64,000 nt of DNA from Octopus sinensis (lineage: Eukaryota): contig NC_043016.1 of assembly GCF_006345805.1 (NCBI RefSeq), positions 13,206,001 to 13,270,000 of the forward strand. The letters are read 5' to 3'. Positions within the stretch are counted from its first letter, which is position 1; every line of letters starts with the position of its first letter. Below, piece by piece: positions 23,200 through 35,460 of this stretch. Below the pieces are notes generated by a model that was not told the DNA's origin, did not search any database, and saw only the letters and a list, made by a program, of their open reading frames with translations. A program made the position numbers and the translations under genes.

Positions 23200-23770
23200 T
23201 AACAGATGCAGTACCAGGCAGTGGCTCTCGTGGCTTCTGATCTTAACTGATTGGAAGTGTTATCATGTACATTGTTTTGTATTGGTATAAAAGATGGGCT
23301 ACGGCAAATATTCTGCTCAATACCACAGATTTGCTTGTCAGTTGCTTGACCTTAACCAGTTGAGCATGTCCCTTTAGTGGCAGACGATATGTGCATCTCT
23401 GATCATGAGCAGAAGTAGTGGGGGAGCATCATAGCCATGTGTTGAGAGGGATTCTTTGAGGTTTGGATCATTCACCTTTGGAAACATGGGTGGTTCATTC
23501 AACATACTTAAACAACCCTTATTCAGGGACCTTTTGAGCGGGATGGGCTACTCGACCTGAAGAAAATTCTAATTGGGCCCCACCTGCAAGGTCATGCACT
23601 GTTTATCTTGATTTGAGATCACTGTGTCATGCACTTATGGTTGTAATGCATGTGCCTAGTGTACCCTTATCAGACTGGTAGTCATGATGGGTCTACTGGA
23701 CTTCGTATATTTTACCCCAGTTTCCCTTTGATGGCATGCACTGCTCTCTCACTCAATAATAATAATAATA
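23200..23770 (+). mobile_element. Family D element flanked by (AAT)n on both sides
   Basis: GATGCAGTACCAGGCAGTGGCTCTCGTGGC ... CTGCTCTCTCACTCAATAATAAT. Confidence 0.88.
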
Positions 23771-23864
23771 TATGCAAGATGTGAAATGGGTGAACAAGAA
23801 AAGAGTGCAAAAAGGGCCCAAACTATAAAGATTCAATTTTTAATGATAAGGAAACATCATCATC

Positions 23865-25300
23865 ATCATCGTTTAACGTCCGTTCTCCATGCTAGCATGG
23901 GTTGGACGGTTCGACCGGGGATCTGGGAAGCCAGAAGGCTGCACCAGGCTCCAGTCTTATCTGGCAGTGTTTCTACAGCTGGATGCCCTTCCTAACGCCA
24001 ACCACTCCGTGAGTGTAGTGGGTGCTTTTTACGTGCCACCTGCACAGGTGCCAGGCGAGGCTGGCAACGGCCACGGTCGGATTGGTGTATTTTATGTGCC
24101 ACCGGCACAGAAGCCAGACGAGGCGGTGCTGGCATCGGCCACGAGTCGGATGGTGCTTTTTACGTACCACCAGACCAGGGATCCTGGCTGGTTCAATTCG
24201 ATTTCGATTTCGATTTCGCTTGCCCCAACATGTCTTCGCAAGCAAGGGGGTTGGCATGGGTGCCTGTCGTACGGTCAGATTGGTGTATTTTACGTGCCAC
24301 CGGCACAGAAGCCAGTGGAGGCGACGCTGGCATCGGCCACGAGTCGGATAGTGCTTTTTACGTACCACCAGACCAGGGATCCTGGCTGGTTCAATTCGAT
24401 TTTGACTTTGATTTCGCTTGCCCCAACATGTCTTCGCAAGCAAAGGGGGTTGGCATGGGTGCCTGTCGTCGGATGAGGTTCTATATCGACTTCGCTTGCC
24501 CCAACAGGTCTTTGTGTCCAAGGGAGGAAAGGCATTCATAAGTGGGCTGGGCTCACTTGTCCTGCCTGGTCTTCTCACGTACAGAATATTTCCAAAGGTC
24601 TCGGTCGCTGGTCATTTCCTCAGTGAGGCCTAAAGTTCGAAGGTCATGCTTCACCACCTCGTCCCAGGTTTTCCTGGGTCTACCTCTTCCACAGGTTCCC
24701 TCAACTGCTAAGGATTGGCACTTTCTCACACACCTATCTTCATCCATTCTCGCCACATGACCATACCAGCGCAATCGTCTCTCTTGCACACCACAACTGA
24801 TGCCTCTTAGGTACAACATTTCTCTCAAGGTGCTAACGCTCTGTCGAGTATGTACACTGACATTACACATCCATCGGAGCATACTGGCTTCATTCCTCAC
24901 GAGCTTACGCATATCCTCGGCAGTCACGGCCCATGTTTCACTGCCATGTAGCATGGCTGTTCGTACACACGCATCATACAGTCTGCCTTTTACTCTGAGC
25001 GAGAGGCCTTTAGTCACCAGCAGAGGTAAGAGCTCCCTAAACTTTGCCCAGGCTATTCTTATTCTAGCAGTTACACTTTCAGCGCACCCACCCCCACTAC
25101 TGACTTGGTCACCTAGATAACGGAAGCTATCAACTACTTCTAGTTTTTCCCCTTGGAAAGTGACTGAAGTTATTTTCTGCAGATTTTCGGAGGTTAATGC
25201 TCCTGAGCATCTGCCACATACAAAAACTATCTTCCCAGTTAGCCTACCTTTGACATTGCTGCACCTCTTATGTGTCCATAGCTTACACTGGGTACATCTG
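23865..25300 (-). mobile_element. Young 5'-truncated RTE-clade LINE with repetitive 3' UTR and (GAT)n tail
   Basis: Uninterrupted ORF at 24553-25320 plus 3' UTR ending GGACGTTAAACGATGATGATG. Confidence 0.93.
24553..25300 (-). CDS. C-terminal part of RTE ORF (PHD-like Cys/His insert plus RT thumb), no stops
   Basis: CTQCKLWTHKRC...FVCGRC, FRYLGD, MLHGSETW, RRLRWYGHV, GRGRPRKTW; 5'-truncated, so not a complete gene. Confidence 0.85.
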
Positions 25301-25707
25301 AATAACGTAATTAACTTCATTAGCTGTTTCTTCTATAAGAAGCAGGAGACTCAGAGATGAGTGCCTGTGCAACAACTTCTGGCATCTTCAGAGCCATTAA
25401 AATGAAGTGTATGAGTATTTTGGAAACATTTTAAATACATAGAAGAGGTTACCTTTGAAACCATGTATAGAAGTTTGTACTGCTTCTTATAGCAGAAACA
25501 ATTGCCAGGTCATGAAGTTGGTTACATAATTCCTATTCCCTTGTCATTCAATAACATACATACATACAAACACATATATACATACATTATGTACGTACAT
25601 ACATACATACATACATACATACAAACTCTTAGTACAAAATTTATCACATTCTGCATTGACACTCCACTAAAATATATTTCTATATCAATTACTTCCTTCA
25701 TCTACAC

Positions 25708-26040
25708 CAGGGGTTGGTGAACCGAAGTAAATTACCCCAAGTGGGGTAAAAATGAAATACTTTGGGTTAATGAGGATTAATTAGTAAGATTATATGAAAA
25801 ACGTGTTCTTTGTTACAGCAGGAATTTTTCTTGTGGTATGAGGAGGCCGTCAAAAAGTTGTTGCCTTTTGCAACAATCTACCTTTGCAAACAGGAATTTT
25901 CCATTTTAATGAAGATAAAAACAAAAGCAGAGTAATCCATTGGACCCTGAAGACTGTATCCAAATTGCTCTGGCATCAAAATGCACCAATTTTGATGTAT
26001 TTGTAACAAAAATTAAACAAAATCTTTTCTCGAAAACCTG
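25708..26040 (+). mobile_element. hAT (Charlie/Buster-like) remnant with transposase dimerisation-domain fragment
   Basis: TIR-like CAGGGGTTGGTGAACC; AVKKLLPFATIYLCKQEFSILMKIKTK resembles the hATC motif LLPFxTTYLCExGFS. Confidence 0.7.
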
Positions 26041-26149
26041 AAGTGAAAAAATTTCTAGAAAAATCCTTTTGTTTCATATTGAAGATATTAATTTATTTTA
26101 TTGCATTTGTTTTATACTTTTTATATTTATTGTTGTATTCTCCATATAA

Positions 26150-26520
26150 ATAGATTCTTCCTTTCAAATCAAGGGTTAACGTTGGCATAAATAAAGACAT
26201 ATACTAAGTTTGAAGTAGATGAGTAAGAGAGCTTGACTGTATGACTATTAAAGATGGAACATACTGGATTTTCTTGCTCTGCTAAGAGCATTATTACAAT
26301 AATCAGCATACTGTTTGAACATTTCTTCATTGGTGGACAATCTAGTAAATCTATTGGAAACACTTTTAATGACTGAATTAATTACAGTCCCAGGATTATT
26401 CAAATTTTCATATATGTAATGTAAGTTTTCATCAAATTTACAACACAAAAGAAACAGTCCAGCGTTTAATTTTAGAGTTACTGCTAGAAGGTTTACTACC
26501 TTAAAAATATTTTCTATTGT
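26150..26520 (-). pseudogene. Penelope-like RT C-terminal remnant
   Basis: YIYENLNNPGTVINSVIKSVSNRFTRLSTNEEMFKQYADYCNNAL resembles the PLE pattern YxHxxSNHP...RLSxLSxNExxF...YxxAL. Confidence 0.6.
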
Positions 26521-26949
26521 GATAGTCAGACCTATGTTCTTAAAAATATTCTCAAAACTTATTCTTTCTATTTCTTCATTACTACAGTTGCAGAGAGAGC
26601 ACTGAATTGCTAGACACTAATAATGATATGTAAATTATCTACACTGCCCCTTCCAGTCCAAAGTTTACCCCTGATATCTGTTACCATTCTCTTAGTCATA
26701 AGAAAAATAACAAACTCCTTCCCACACAATTTTAAGTGTTTGATGACAAAGATTGGCGCTTATTTGATAGGATGGGAGAAACAGTAGAATAATAGCTATC
26801 AATAGCTACTTTTGCTTTAAATTTTCTAAACATCCAATTATTTTAACAATATTTGTCTATAGATTTAGTTTCAGTTTAGATTTAAGATCAAGTCAACCAC
26901 CACATACATACATACATACATACTTGTATGCATGCATATGTAGTGGAGG

Positions 26950-27095
26950 TCAACTCATGACCGAGTAAGACCACTTCTTAAACTCAATAAGTTCATGTAA
27001 ATATTCCAAGAGTCCAAGAAGTTCTTGAGCATGAATTTTTTTCTTTATAAGTGGATAAAATTTCCACAGAGCACTGAAGCCATTTTCAGTATAAT
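26950..27095 (-). CDS. Candidate host terminal coding exon (unidentified)
   Basis: Strong acceptor TTTTTCTTTTTTCTTTTTGCAG; open frame DYTENGFSALWKFYPLIKKKIHAQELLGLLEYLHELIEFKKWSYSVMS*; GT donor 92 nt upstream; no family recognised. Confidence 0.3.
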
Positions 27096-27467
27096 CTGCA
27101 AAAAGAAAAAAGAAAAATAGCGCCACAACAGGGGGTAATATTGTCAGAAACAAACTGTACTTCAGGCTTTTTTTTATACAAGTTTACCTTCTTCTAGAAG
27201 GAAGTTCCAATTAGAAGTAAGGGTCCTTCACTCACAGGGTTTCACATGCCAGTTAACCTACACTCAGGACCCTAACAGGTGCTACTACTCTGGATCAGAA
27301 TAGATTTGGGAATAATAATGGTTAAAAGGTGGTTCCAAACTTCTTAAAACCCTGAAATACCAAAACCAGTGCTTCACTACTGGATGCAGTTTAAAGTCAG
27401 ACCCAAGACAATACGCATACATACATTGCATACATACATACATTATTATGGCTGCCCCCTCATTATC

Positions 27468-27653
27468 GAGTATGGCCATCGCACGAAGCTTAACTGTTAC
27501 TGGTGCTGTGATCGAATGTGACTTTTTAGCCCAGCTAAAGATCTACAATGTCTTGTACAAAATTGGCAACTAAAACCTTTACCGGTAATAGCCGGCTGTA
27601 GTTGTAACTGGGCTTCATGTACCTTTGCATGTCGTTTGAGTCCTCCTGCCGAA

Positions 27654-27655
<2 letters not shown>
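27468..27655 (-). mobile_element. 3' end of an RTE-like LINE with terminal C2H2-type finger
   Basis: GLKRHAKVH...CQFCTRHCRSLAGLKSHIRSQH* then a short 3' UTR ending GCAGCCATAATAAT. Confidence 0.65.
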
Positions 27656-27705
<50 letters not shown>

Positions 27706-28064
27706 GTACATACATACATACATACATACATACACACATACATACGTGTGTGTGTGTGTGTGTGTACATGTGCATGTATATACATATATATATAGGGAGA
27801 GAGATGGATGGATGGATGGATGGATGGATATTAATATATATATATAGTTAAGTAATATTTGGGTAAAAACCTTGTAGAATGCTGTGTAAAGCTTGTCCAC
27901 AGGTATTGGCTATCTAATGTTGCCAAACAGTCGAAATTTACTTCATGAATTCCATAGTATCTATAAAAGAATCTTGTGAATTCCATTTTCTGTCTTGGGA
28001 CTATCTCTGTGTGTGTGTGTGTGTGAGTGTGTGTTGTGTGTGTGTGTGTGTGCATGTGTGTGTG

Positions 28065-28098
<34 letters not shown>

Positions 28099-28931
28099 GT
28101 CTGTCTGTCTATATAGCTATATATACAGAGTGGCCCACAAGTAGGCTTTCGATTTTAATTACAAAAAAAATATGAAACCATTATTCTATGCCAATTTAGT
28201 TAATTCTGTCAAGCTCCCTTTTCAATTAGCAAGATAGAGATTTCCACGGAAAAAAATGTTTTAAAAGAAATTTAAAGTGTCTACGTGCTAACTGTAGACC
28301 TACTTTTGGACCGCCCTGTGTGTGTGTGTGTGCGTGCGTGCGTGTGTGTGTGTGTGTGTGTGTGTGCGTGTGCGCATGTGTGTGTGTGTGCGTGTGTGTG
28401 CATGTGTGTGTGTGTGTGTGCGTGTGTAAGTTAAATTTAAAATGAAAGAATTAAGGTTAGAAAGGAGGCGTCAAAAGCCGTATCCAAACTGAATATGATG
28501 CACAGACATTAACTAGAGTGTGAAAATAAAACCATATGACCATTATCTATATATATATGCAAGCGGAAACTTTTTGCGTATTAGGGACAATAATAATTAT
28601 TTCTCTATTAGCGAAAATGATATTACAGGTCAGATAATAATTCATTAATTACACGCTATCGTAATTATCTCCCTTGTAACTCTAATTCGCCAAATGTTTG
28701 ATATTCTAAGAAAATTCTTCAACAGTCGAAGTGGGTCTTTTGGAAAATACCCGCGGTTTCCTTTTCTCATTTTTATTTAAACGAATATTGGTTTATCCTT
28801 TATTTTTATTTTCATCCTTTTATGTCGACGAAAATAAGAGAAACAAAACGAAGGAGGATAATTCAATAAACGAAAGTGATATCGGAAGAAGTTTTACTAT
28901 TTTGGGCCACGTTTTTCATCACTTAAAAAGA

Positions 28932-29372
28932 AATTATGGCGATCTTTCGTCTCTAGTAGACCTCTCCGTCGATTTCCGTAAAAAAATTTTTTTTTTTACA
29001 TATGGGCTTGCGGGAACTTTTGAAGTAATATACATACATATACACATACACCGAGTAAAAAATTTCAGTTATCTCTTTCTTTCACACATTACTCTGTCTC
29101 TTCACACACACTAACAGAAGCACTTCACTTACACAACATACTGTCTGTCTCCCACACCCCATCAAACACACACACACACACGCACGCACATGTACATCAA
29201 TGCTTCCCATGCACGGTAACTTCAAAAGAACTTCCCTTGTCATAAAATGGCTTTCTCTTAGTCTCTTTCGCTCTCATTACTTCAAGAGTTCCTGCAAGCC
29301 CATATGTAAAAAAAAAAAATTTTTACTGAAATCGACGGAAAGGTCTACTAGAGACAAAAGATTGCCAAAATT
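28932..29372. mobile_element. MITE, ~440 bp, with ~95-bp terminal inverted repeats
   Basis: 28932-29029 is the reverse complement of 29276-29372; no TSD identified. Confidence 0.8.
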
Positions 29373-29869
29373 ATGAATAGCAGAACGGAGGCAAAATACT
29401 AGGAAGTATTCGTGACAAATAGTTTAGTTCTGAGTTCAAATTAAGCACGGGAAAACTTTGCTTTTTATCTTTCCAGGGTCGATGAAATGTTAACATTTCA
29501 TAAAGCTCACTAAAGTTAAGCGAAGTTAACAGTTCAAAGCCTGGACTCGGTTATATAATCGATTATTTTTGTGGTTCAGGTTGAACGGATTTTGTCCTCA
29601 TCCCCACGAATCTGATCTATTGTGCCATATTGGATGTTATTTTGTAAAAAATATATTTAATAATGAGTTAGCGAGTAGCAGCACGCTTGAGTTTTGAAAT
29701 TTTTTAATATAATCTCCCAAACTAGATCAATGGGTTGTTAATATTCAGCACGAAATTCTGCAGATCATTTTCTTCACGAAAACCATAGGTTGGGAGAGAC
29801 ATCCAGAGGGATGTTAATATTGGGAAGGAATGATTATTAAAAAAAAATGAGGACAGCAGCGTAAAGAAG

Positions 29870-30022
29870 TGCTGAGCTCTAATTGTGGAGGGAACCTATG
29901 GAAGGGGTAGACCCAGGAAGACGTGGGGCGAAATGGTGAGAAAGGATCTTCAGATGCTGGGCCTCAAAAAGGAAATAACAAGGGACAGGGAGTTGTGGCA
30001 ATTTGCTGTACTTAAGAAAATG

Positions 30023-30054
<32 letters not shown>

Positions 30055-30345
30055 GTCATTGTCAAGCTAAGAAAATCACAGTCATCCATACATACAGCCT
30101 TGTTCTTTACAGGTGCTGGTGCCGCGTAAAATGTACTTCTGCCAGTGCTGTGTACATGCACTTATGCTTATAAAGCACCCAGCATGCTCTGTAAAGTGGT
30201 TGGCATTAAGGAAGGGCATCCAGCCATAGAAACCATGCCAAAACAGACAATTGGAGTGAGGGCAGCTCTCCAACTGGCCAGCTCCTGTCAAACCATCCAA
30301 CCCATGCCAGCATGGAAAGTAGATGTTAAATGACAATGATGGTGA
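29870..30345 (+). mobile_element. Diverged RTE 3' fragment
   Basis: EGTYGRGRPRKTWGEMVRKDLQMLGL, followed by the RTE 3' end at 30140-30340. Confidence 0.8.
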
Positions 30346-30429
30346 TGGTGATGACGATGTTAGTGATGTTGATAATGATGACGACAATGACGATGATGGC
30401 AATGATGATGATGTTTAGTTTGAAGATCC

Positions 30430-30670
30430 ATACTCTTTTACTTTTTTCAGTCATTTGACTGTGGCCATGCTGGAGCACCACTTTTAGTTGAGCAAATTGA
30501 CCCCATGATTTATTCTTTATAAGCCTAGTACTTATTCTATCGGTCTCTTTTGCCGAAATGCTAAGTTACGGGGACGTAAACACACCAGCATTGGTTGAAT
30601 TGCGATGTTGTGGGGACGAACATAGACACACAAACATACACACACACACGCACATGCACGCACACACACA
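30430..30670 (-). mobile_element. SINE family B 3' half
   Basis: Matches the family B tail. Confidence 0.85.
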
Positions 30671-30874
30671 CATACACATATATATTTATGTATATATATA
30701 CAAATTGAGATAGGGGTTGTAAATGCAACCCTCCATGGGATAACATATATCCAATATACTGCAAGTGAAGTACCCAACAAAGTTAATACATAAATGTTAA
30801 GAATTGCGATGCAATTAATTCATTTACTGTATTATAAGGGCAAAGGTAAAATGTTTTACCACAAATTCATAATA

Positions 30875-31540
30875 CAAAATAAGAAAATGGAGAAATATAT
30901 CTTAATCAATGATCAACTACCAGATAATACCCAATCACATAATTTATTAAACCACTACATATGAACATTAAGGTCAAACATAATAGTATAGAACAAAACA
31001 ATGCACATCAATGAGTAATATTGATGTGTACAATATGTATAAGTGAATATAAATAAATATAAATATAAACTACATCTTACAGCTGTTTCGGCCATGCAGA
31101 TATGGGTATCTCATTATGCTCATATTAGCCAGATGTGATAAGTTAATATGTGGTTATAGAGGAGGTCTCCTCTGATATTTCATATTTAGTTTAGTTTGTA
31201 CTTTATAATCTCTGAAGAGGCCTTGGGATATTTTTGTAAGTGTCTCATTTATAACCACATATTAACTTATCACACCTGGCTAATATGAGCATAATGAGAT
31301 ACCCATATCTGCATGGCTGAATCAGCTGTAAGATGTAGTTTATATTTATATTTATATTTATTTATATTCACTTATACACATTGTACTTATTGTATCATAT
31401 TACTCATTGATGTGCATTGTTTTGTTCTATACTATTATGTTTGACCTTGATGTTCATATGTAGTGGTTTAATAAATTATGAGATTGAGTATTATCTGGTA
31501 GTTGATTATTGATTAAAGTGTATTTCTCCATTTTCTTATT
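30875..31540. repeat. Fold-back element: ~285-bp inverted arms with an ~85-bp spacer
   Basis: 30875-31160 is the reverse complement of 31247-31540 with few mismatches. Confidence 0.92.
31208..31334 (+). ncRNA. Hammerhead motif with greatly enlarged stem II loop (core damaged on this arm)
   Basis: ATCT-CTGAAGA-GGCC-(~92 nt)-GGCT-GAATC-AGCT-GTA-AGAT; the opposite arm preserves GGCCGAAACAGCTGTAAGAT. Confidence 0.55.
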
Positions 31541-32036
31541 TTATATATATAGGACAGGCTTCTTTCAGTTTCTATCCACCAAATCCACTCACAAACTTTG
31601 GTTGGCCCAAGGCTATAGTAGAAGACACTTGCCAAGGTGCCACACAGTGGGACTGAACCAAGAACCATGTGGTTCGTAAGGAAGCTACATACCACACAGC
31701 CACTCCAAGCTAAGAAAGAAGACACAGTAAAGTTAGTTTGAGGACTTATGACAAGAGAGACAGAGATGGGTGTTTCTGAGGATCTGTGAAGAGAAACACA
31801 ATAAGATTAGTTTGAGGGTCTATAAAGGGGACACAGTAGAATGAGTTTAGGGTCTTTTTTTTAAAGAGACACATTGAAGTTTAAGAATCTAAGAAGAGAG
31901 ATATAGTAGGATAAGTTTAGGGGTCAATGAAGGGACCACACTAACGTTGGTGACTTAGAAGAGTCCTACTGATAGAAGAGCAGAAAATGGTATACAACTT
32001 ACTAGTTCAGTAAAGATGAAGCCATTGTAGTATTTG

Positions 32037-32076
<40 letters not shown>

Positions 32077-32314
32077 TATTAAACTGCTGTGTGAGCTGTA
32101 GTCATAATCTGCTATAGGGAGTATCTTAGAAGTGATCCAGACTATGTGTATGTGTGTATATATCCATGTGTGAGTTCTACTGGTAACATAATCCAGTACA
32201 TCCTGTTATGTGTTCAGGACATTGGAGACTCAACTGGCATACCCAAGCTAGCCAGTTGAGGGTGGTGGTGCTGAGGGAGTGGGCATGGGATAGAAGGGAT
32301 AAAACCCTTCTAAA

Positions 32315-32511
32315 AGGTGGTGAGCTGGCAGAAACGTTAGCCGCTACATTCTGAGTTCAAATTCCGCCAAGGTCGACTTTGCCTTTCATCCTTTCGGGGT
32401 CGATAAATTAAGTACCAGTTATACACTGGGGTCGATGTAATCGACTTAATCCCTTTGTCTGTCCTTTTTTGTCCCCTCTATGTTTAGCCCCTTGTGGGCA
32501 ATAAAGAAATA
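32315..32511 (+). mobile_element. SINE family A with 15-bp TSD
   Basis: AGAAGGGATAAAACC at 32292-32306 and 32512-32526. Confidence 0.9.
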
Positions 32512-32759
32512 AGAAGGGATAAAACCTATCACAGAACCAATGGCTGGTGTAGAAACACAGAGGAGTTCAAAATGGAATGATGGACCCTTAGTTATTGTCC
32601 GGTTATCTTACCAAGAGACAAGATATGATCTAATGTTTACTTTCTGGTTGTTACAACTAATGTTGTGCTCCTGAGAGGAAACCCATTGTATTTTGAAATG
32701 TGAAAGAAGTTTCTATGCATTCTTCATTCCTTATCCTCATCAAGATTCCTCATCTAAAA

Positions 32760-33110
32760 CAGCCAGTCGTTGGTGTGTGACCGTGGATGCTGTCGCAGTC
32801 AGCTGTCACCGCTGGTCCCTGTTCTCTGTCATGTATAGCAAGGTTGAAGTGTTGGGGGTCTGTCCAGTCCAGTCCTTGATGTTGTCAGACCAGGATTTTC
32901 TCAGTCTGACTCCCTTCCACCCTCCCAGAAGTGGTTGTCAGAGAATTTCTGCAACTTCACCAGCCCCAATTTCTAGCCTCTTGATTCCCCATAGGTTGCT
33001 ACATGCGGGGCAGAGTTGAGAAAGACATTATCTGCTGTTACCTGCAACACCAAGCTAGTGACCAAGATCAAGATGTTCTAAGATCTTCCCAGGAACATAG
33101 TGAGGAACAA
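32760..33110 (-). pseudogene. Old RTE-type LINE C-terminal fragment
   Basis: Minus translation GGWKGVRLRKSWSDNIKDWTG...ENRDQ resembles GxRxRGRQRKxWxDNIKxWTG. Confidence 0.6.
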
Positions 33111-33359
33111 ATGTGCTATGTTCTGGAGCTGTCTTGAAGCTGAGGTAGAAGCTAAGAGTGCTTACTTTAAGTAAACTGTTATCTCTCAGTTATAACCTAA
33201 TTTGATATTTTTTGATTTTTAAAAATTCTTTTATTTTTCGTTGGGATATTGTATTTCCTTTTCCTTTTATGCAAGCTGTCAAATTAGCCTGAACATCCTG
33301 TACGCATACATGTTTCTGCTATATTTTGAAGGATTTTTCTGCATTTTGCATTAATGCAG

Positions 33360-33572
33360 ACATCATCATCATCATCATCATCATTTAGTGTCCGCTTTCC
33401 ATGCTAGCATGGGTTGGACGGTTCAACTGGGGTCTGGGAAGCCAGAAGGCTGCACCAGGCCCAGTCTGATCTGGCAATGTTTCTACGGCTGGATGCCCTT
33501 CCTAACGCCAACCACTCCGTGAGTGTAGTGGGTGCTTTTTACGTGCCACTGGCACAGGTGCCAGGCGAGGCT
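33360..33572 (-). mobile_element. RTE 3'-end copy
   Basis: Near-identical to 23865-24060. Confidence 0.88.
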
Positions 33573-34049
33573 GATTTATAACTGAATGTAATAATATAAA
33601 TTATTTACATGTTTTTAAGTTACGAAACAATTTGATGAAATTTTATCTAACAATAAGAAATTTCAAATTTCATGACAAATTATTTCTCTCATTATTTATA
33701 AGTTTATACACCCCTGATTGTTTTCACTTGTATCGTACTATGTATTCTATATGTCTTGTAGAATGATGATACATTAACAAGGTTTTTTATGAGAATTACC
33801 AAATTACTCGAATCCATATATAATGACTTAAATTTATAAATAAAATCAAAATAAGCAACAGGATATCAAGTAGTGATGTATTATTTGATATCCTATTGCT
33901 TGTTTTGATTTTATTTGCCTTACTTCGAGCTGTGTGGATAATACCGGACTGACTTGGTGTTTCAACACCATAGCATCATAATTCTGAAATGTCTATAAAA
34001 CCATCAAAAGCTTGTTTATTTTTATAATTTTTTTTATTTATTGTTGCTT

Positions 34050-35424
34050 AATGTTTTGCTAAAATTGCTGTTTCTTTTCAGATATCATCAGCAAAAGGTA
34101 ATTAAAATTCATTAGAATGACAGATCTATCAGACTTTCAGAGAGGTCAAATTGTTGGTGCTCGTATGGCAGGCACTAGTGTAACAAAAACAGCTGAAATG
34201 TTTGGTGTATCAAGAAGTAATGTCTCGAAAGTAATGACAGCCTTTGAGAAAGAGGGAAAAACCTCCTCATTGAAACAAAACTCCGGAAGAAAACCAAAAC
34301 TTTCAGATAGGGACCATCTGACTCTTACACAAATTGTTAGAAAGGATCACAAAAGTACAGCTCCCAAAATTATTGCAGAGCTTAATGACCACCTTGAGAA
34401 CTTAGTTTCCACAAAATCTGTTCACCAGGAGCTGCACAAAGCCAGAGAAAACCACTACTTTCAAAATCAAACGTTGCAAAGCATTTAGAGTTGAGTAAAA
34501 ACCTACAGAATTGGTCCCTAGAGCAGTGGAAGAATGTTGTTTTCTTGGAAGAATGTTATTTTCTCAAAATGTTATTTCCGACAACTGGCCAAGTATACAT
34601 GTGGAGACAGCCAAAAGAAGCATTTGACCTAGACTGCCTTTTTCCAACTGTTAAAACATGGAGGAGGATCTGTGATGATCTGGGGTGGGGGCTACATCTT
34701 GGAAATCTGCCAGCCCAATGATTTCCCTTCATGGCAAAATTAATAGTCAAGACTATTTTTAGCATTTTACCTGATCAAATTCATCCTATAGTTGGGAAAA
34801 GAAATCCTTCAGGATGATAATGCACCAATTCACACTGCTGAAGTTGTTACTGAATGGCACAAGGAACATTCTAGTGAAGTTGAACATCTTATCTGGTCAC
34901 CACAGTCCCCAGATCTTAATATTATGGAACCACATCCAAGTGTGATTGTTGCCAGGGCCATGGATTGGCTCCTGTGTCGGTGGCATGTAAAAAGTACCAT
35001 TTGCACATAAAAGCACCCACTACACTCTTGTAGTGGTTGGTGTTAGGAAGGGCATCCAGCTGTAGAAACTCTGCCAGATCAGTTTGAGCCTGGTGCAGCC
35101 TTCTGGCTTGCCAGCCCTCAGTCAAACCGTCCAATCCATGCCAGCATGGAAAGCAAACATAAAACGATGATGATGATGATGATGATTTATGGTGCATTTT
35201 AGAAAAACAAGTGAGGAGTCGATATCCTCCACCATCATCACTACAAGAACCGGAGACTGTTTTAGCTGAAGAATGGACAAAAATTCCTTTGGAAACAATT
35301 CAAGCTTTGCACTAGTCCATACCTCATAGAATTCAAGCTATAATTACTGCCAAAGGTGGTCCTACTCCATATTAAAATAAATTTGTTTGAAATTTTAAGG
35401 TGTTTCCATTATTTTGTTCAACCC

Positions 35425-35429
<5 letters not shown>
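34050..35429 (+). mobile_element. Degenerate Tc1/mariner transposon with DD36E spacing; 3' TIR and TA present, 5' TIR not found
   Basis: MTDLSDFQRGQIVGAR (HTH), TVK(H)GGGSVMIWG, QDDNAPIH...WSPQSPDLNIME, IITAKGGPTPY*; ends CAACCCCTG|TA at 35427; has frameshifts. Confidence 0.92.
34932..35186 (+). mobile_element. RTE 3'-end copy inserted in the Tc1 transposase just after the catalytic Glu
   Basis: Interrupts DLNIMEP|LWCILEK; ends in (GAT)n. Confidence 0.85.

Positions 35430-35460
<31 letters not shown>

Noticed and set aside
23200-23260. HDV-like ribozyme or snRNA at the 5' end of family D
   Set aside because: A TCTCGT loop is present, but no P1/P2 pairing could be built and there is no convincing U2 match
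27497-27650. Host C2H2 zinc-finger gene from the octopus expansion
   Set aside because: No TGEKP linkers, abrupt 5' end in a microsatellite, and a LINE-type 3' end follows
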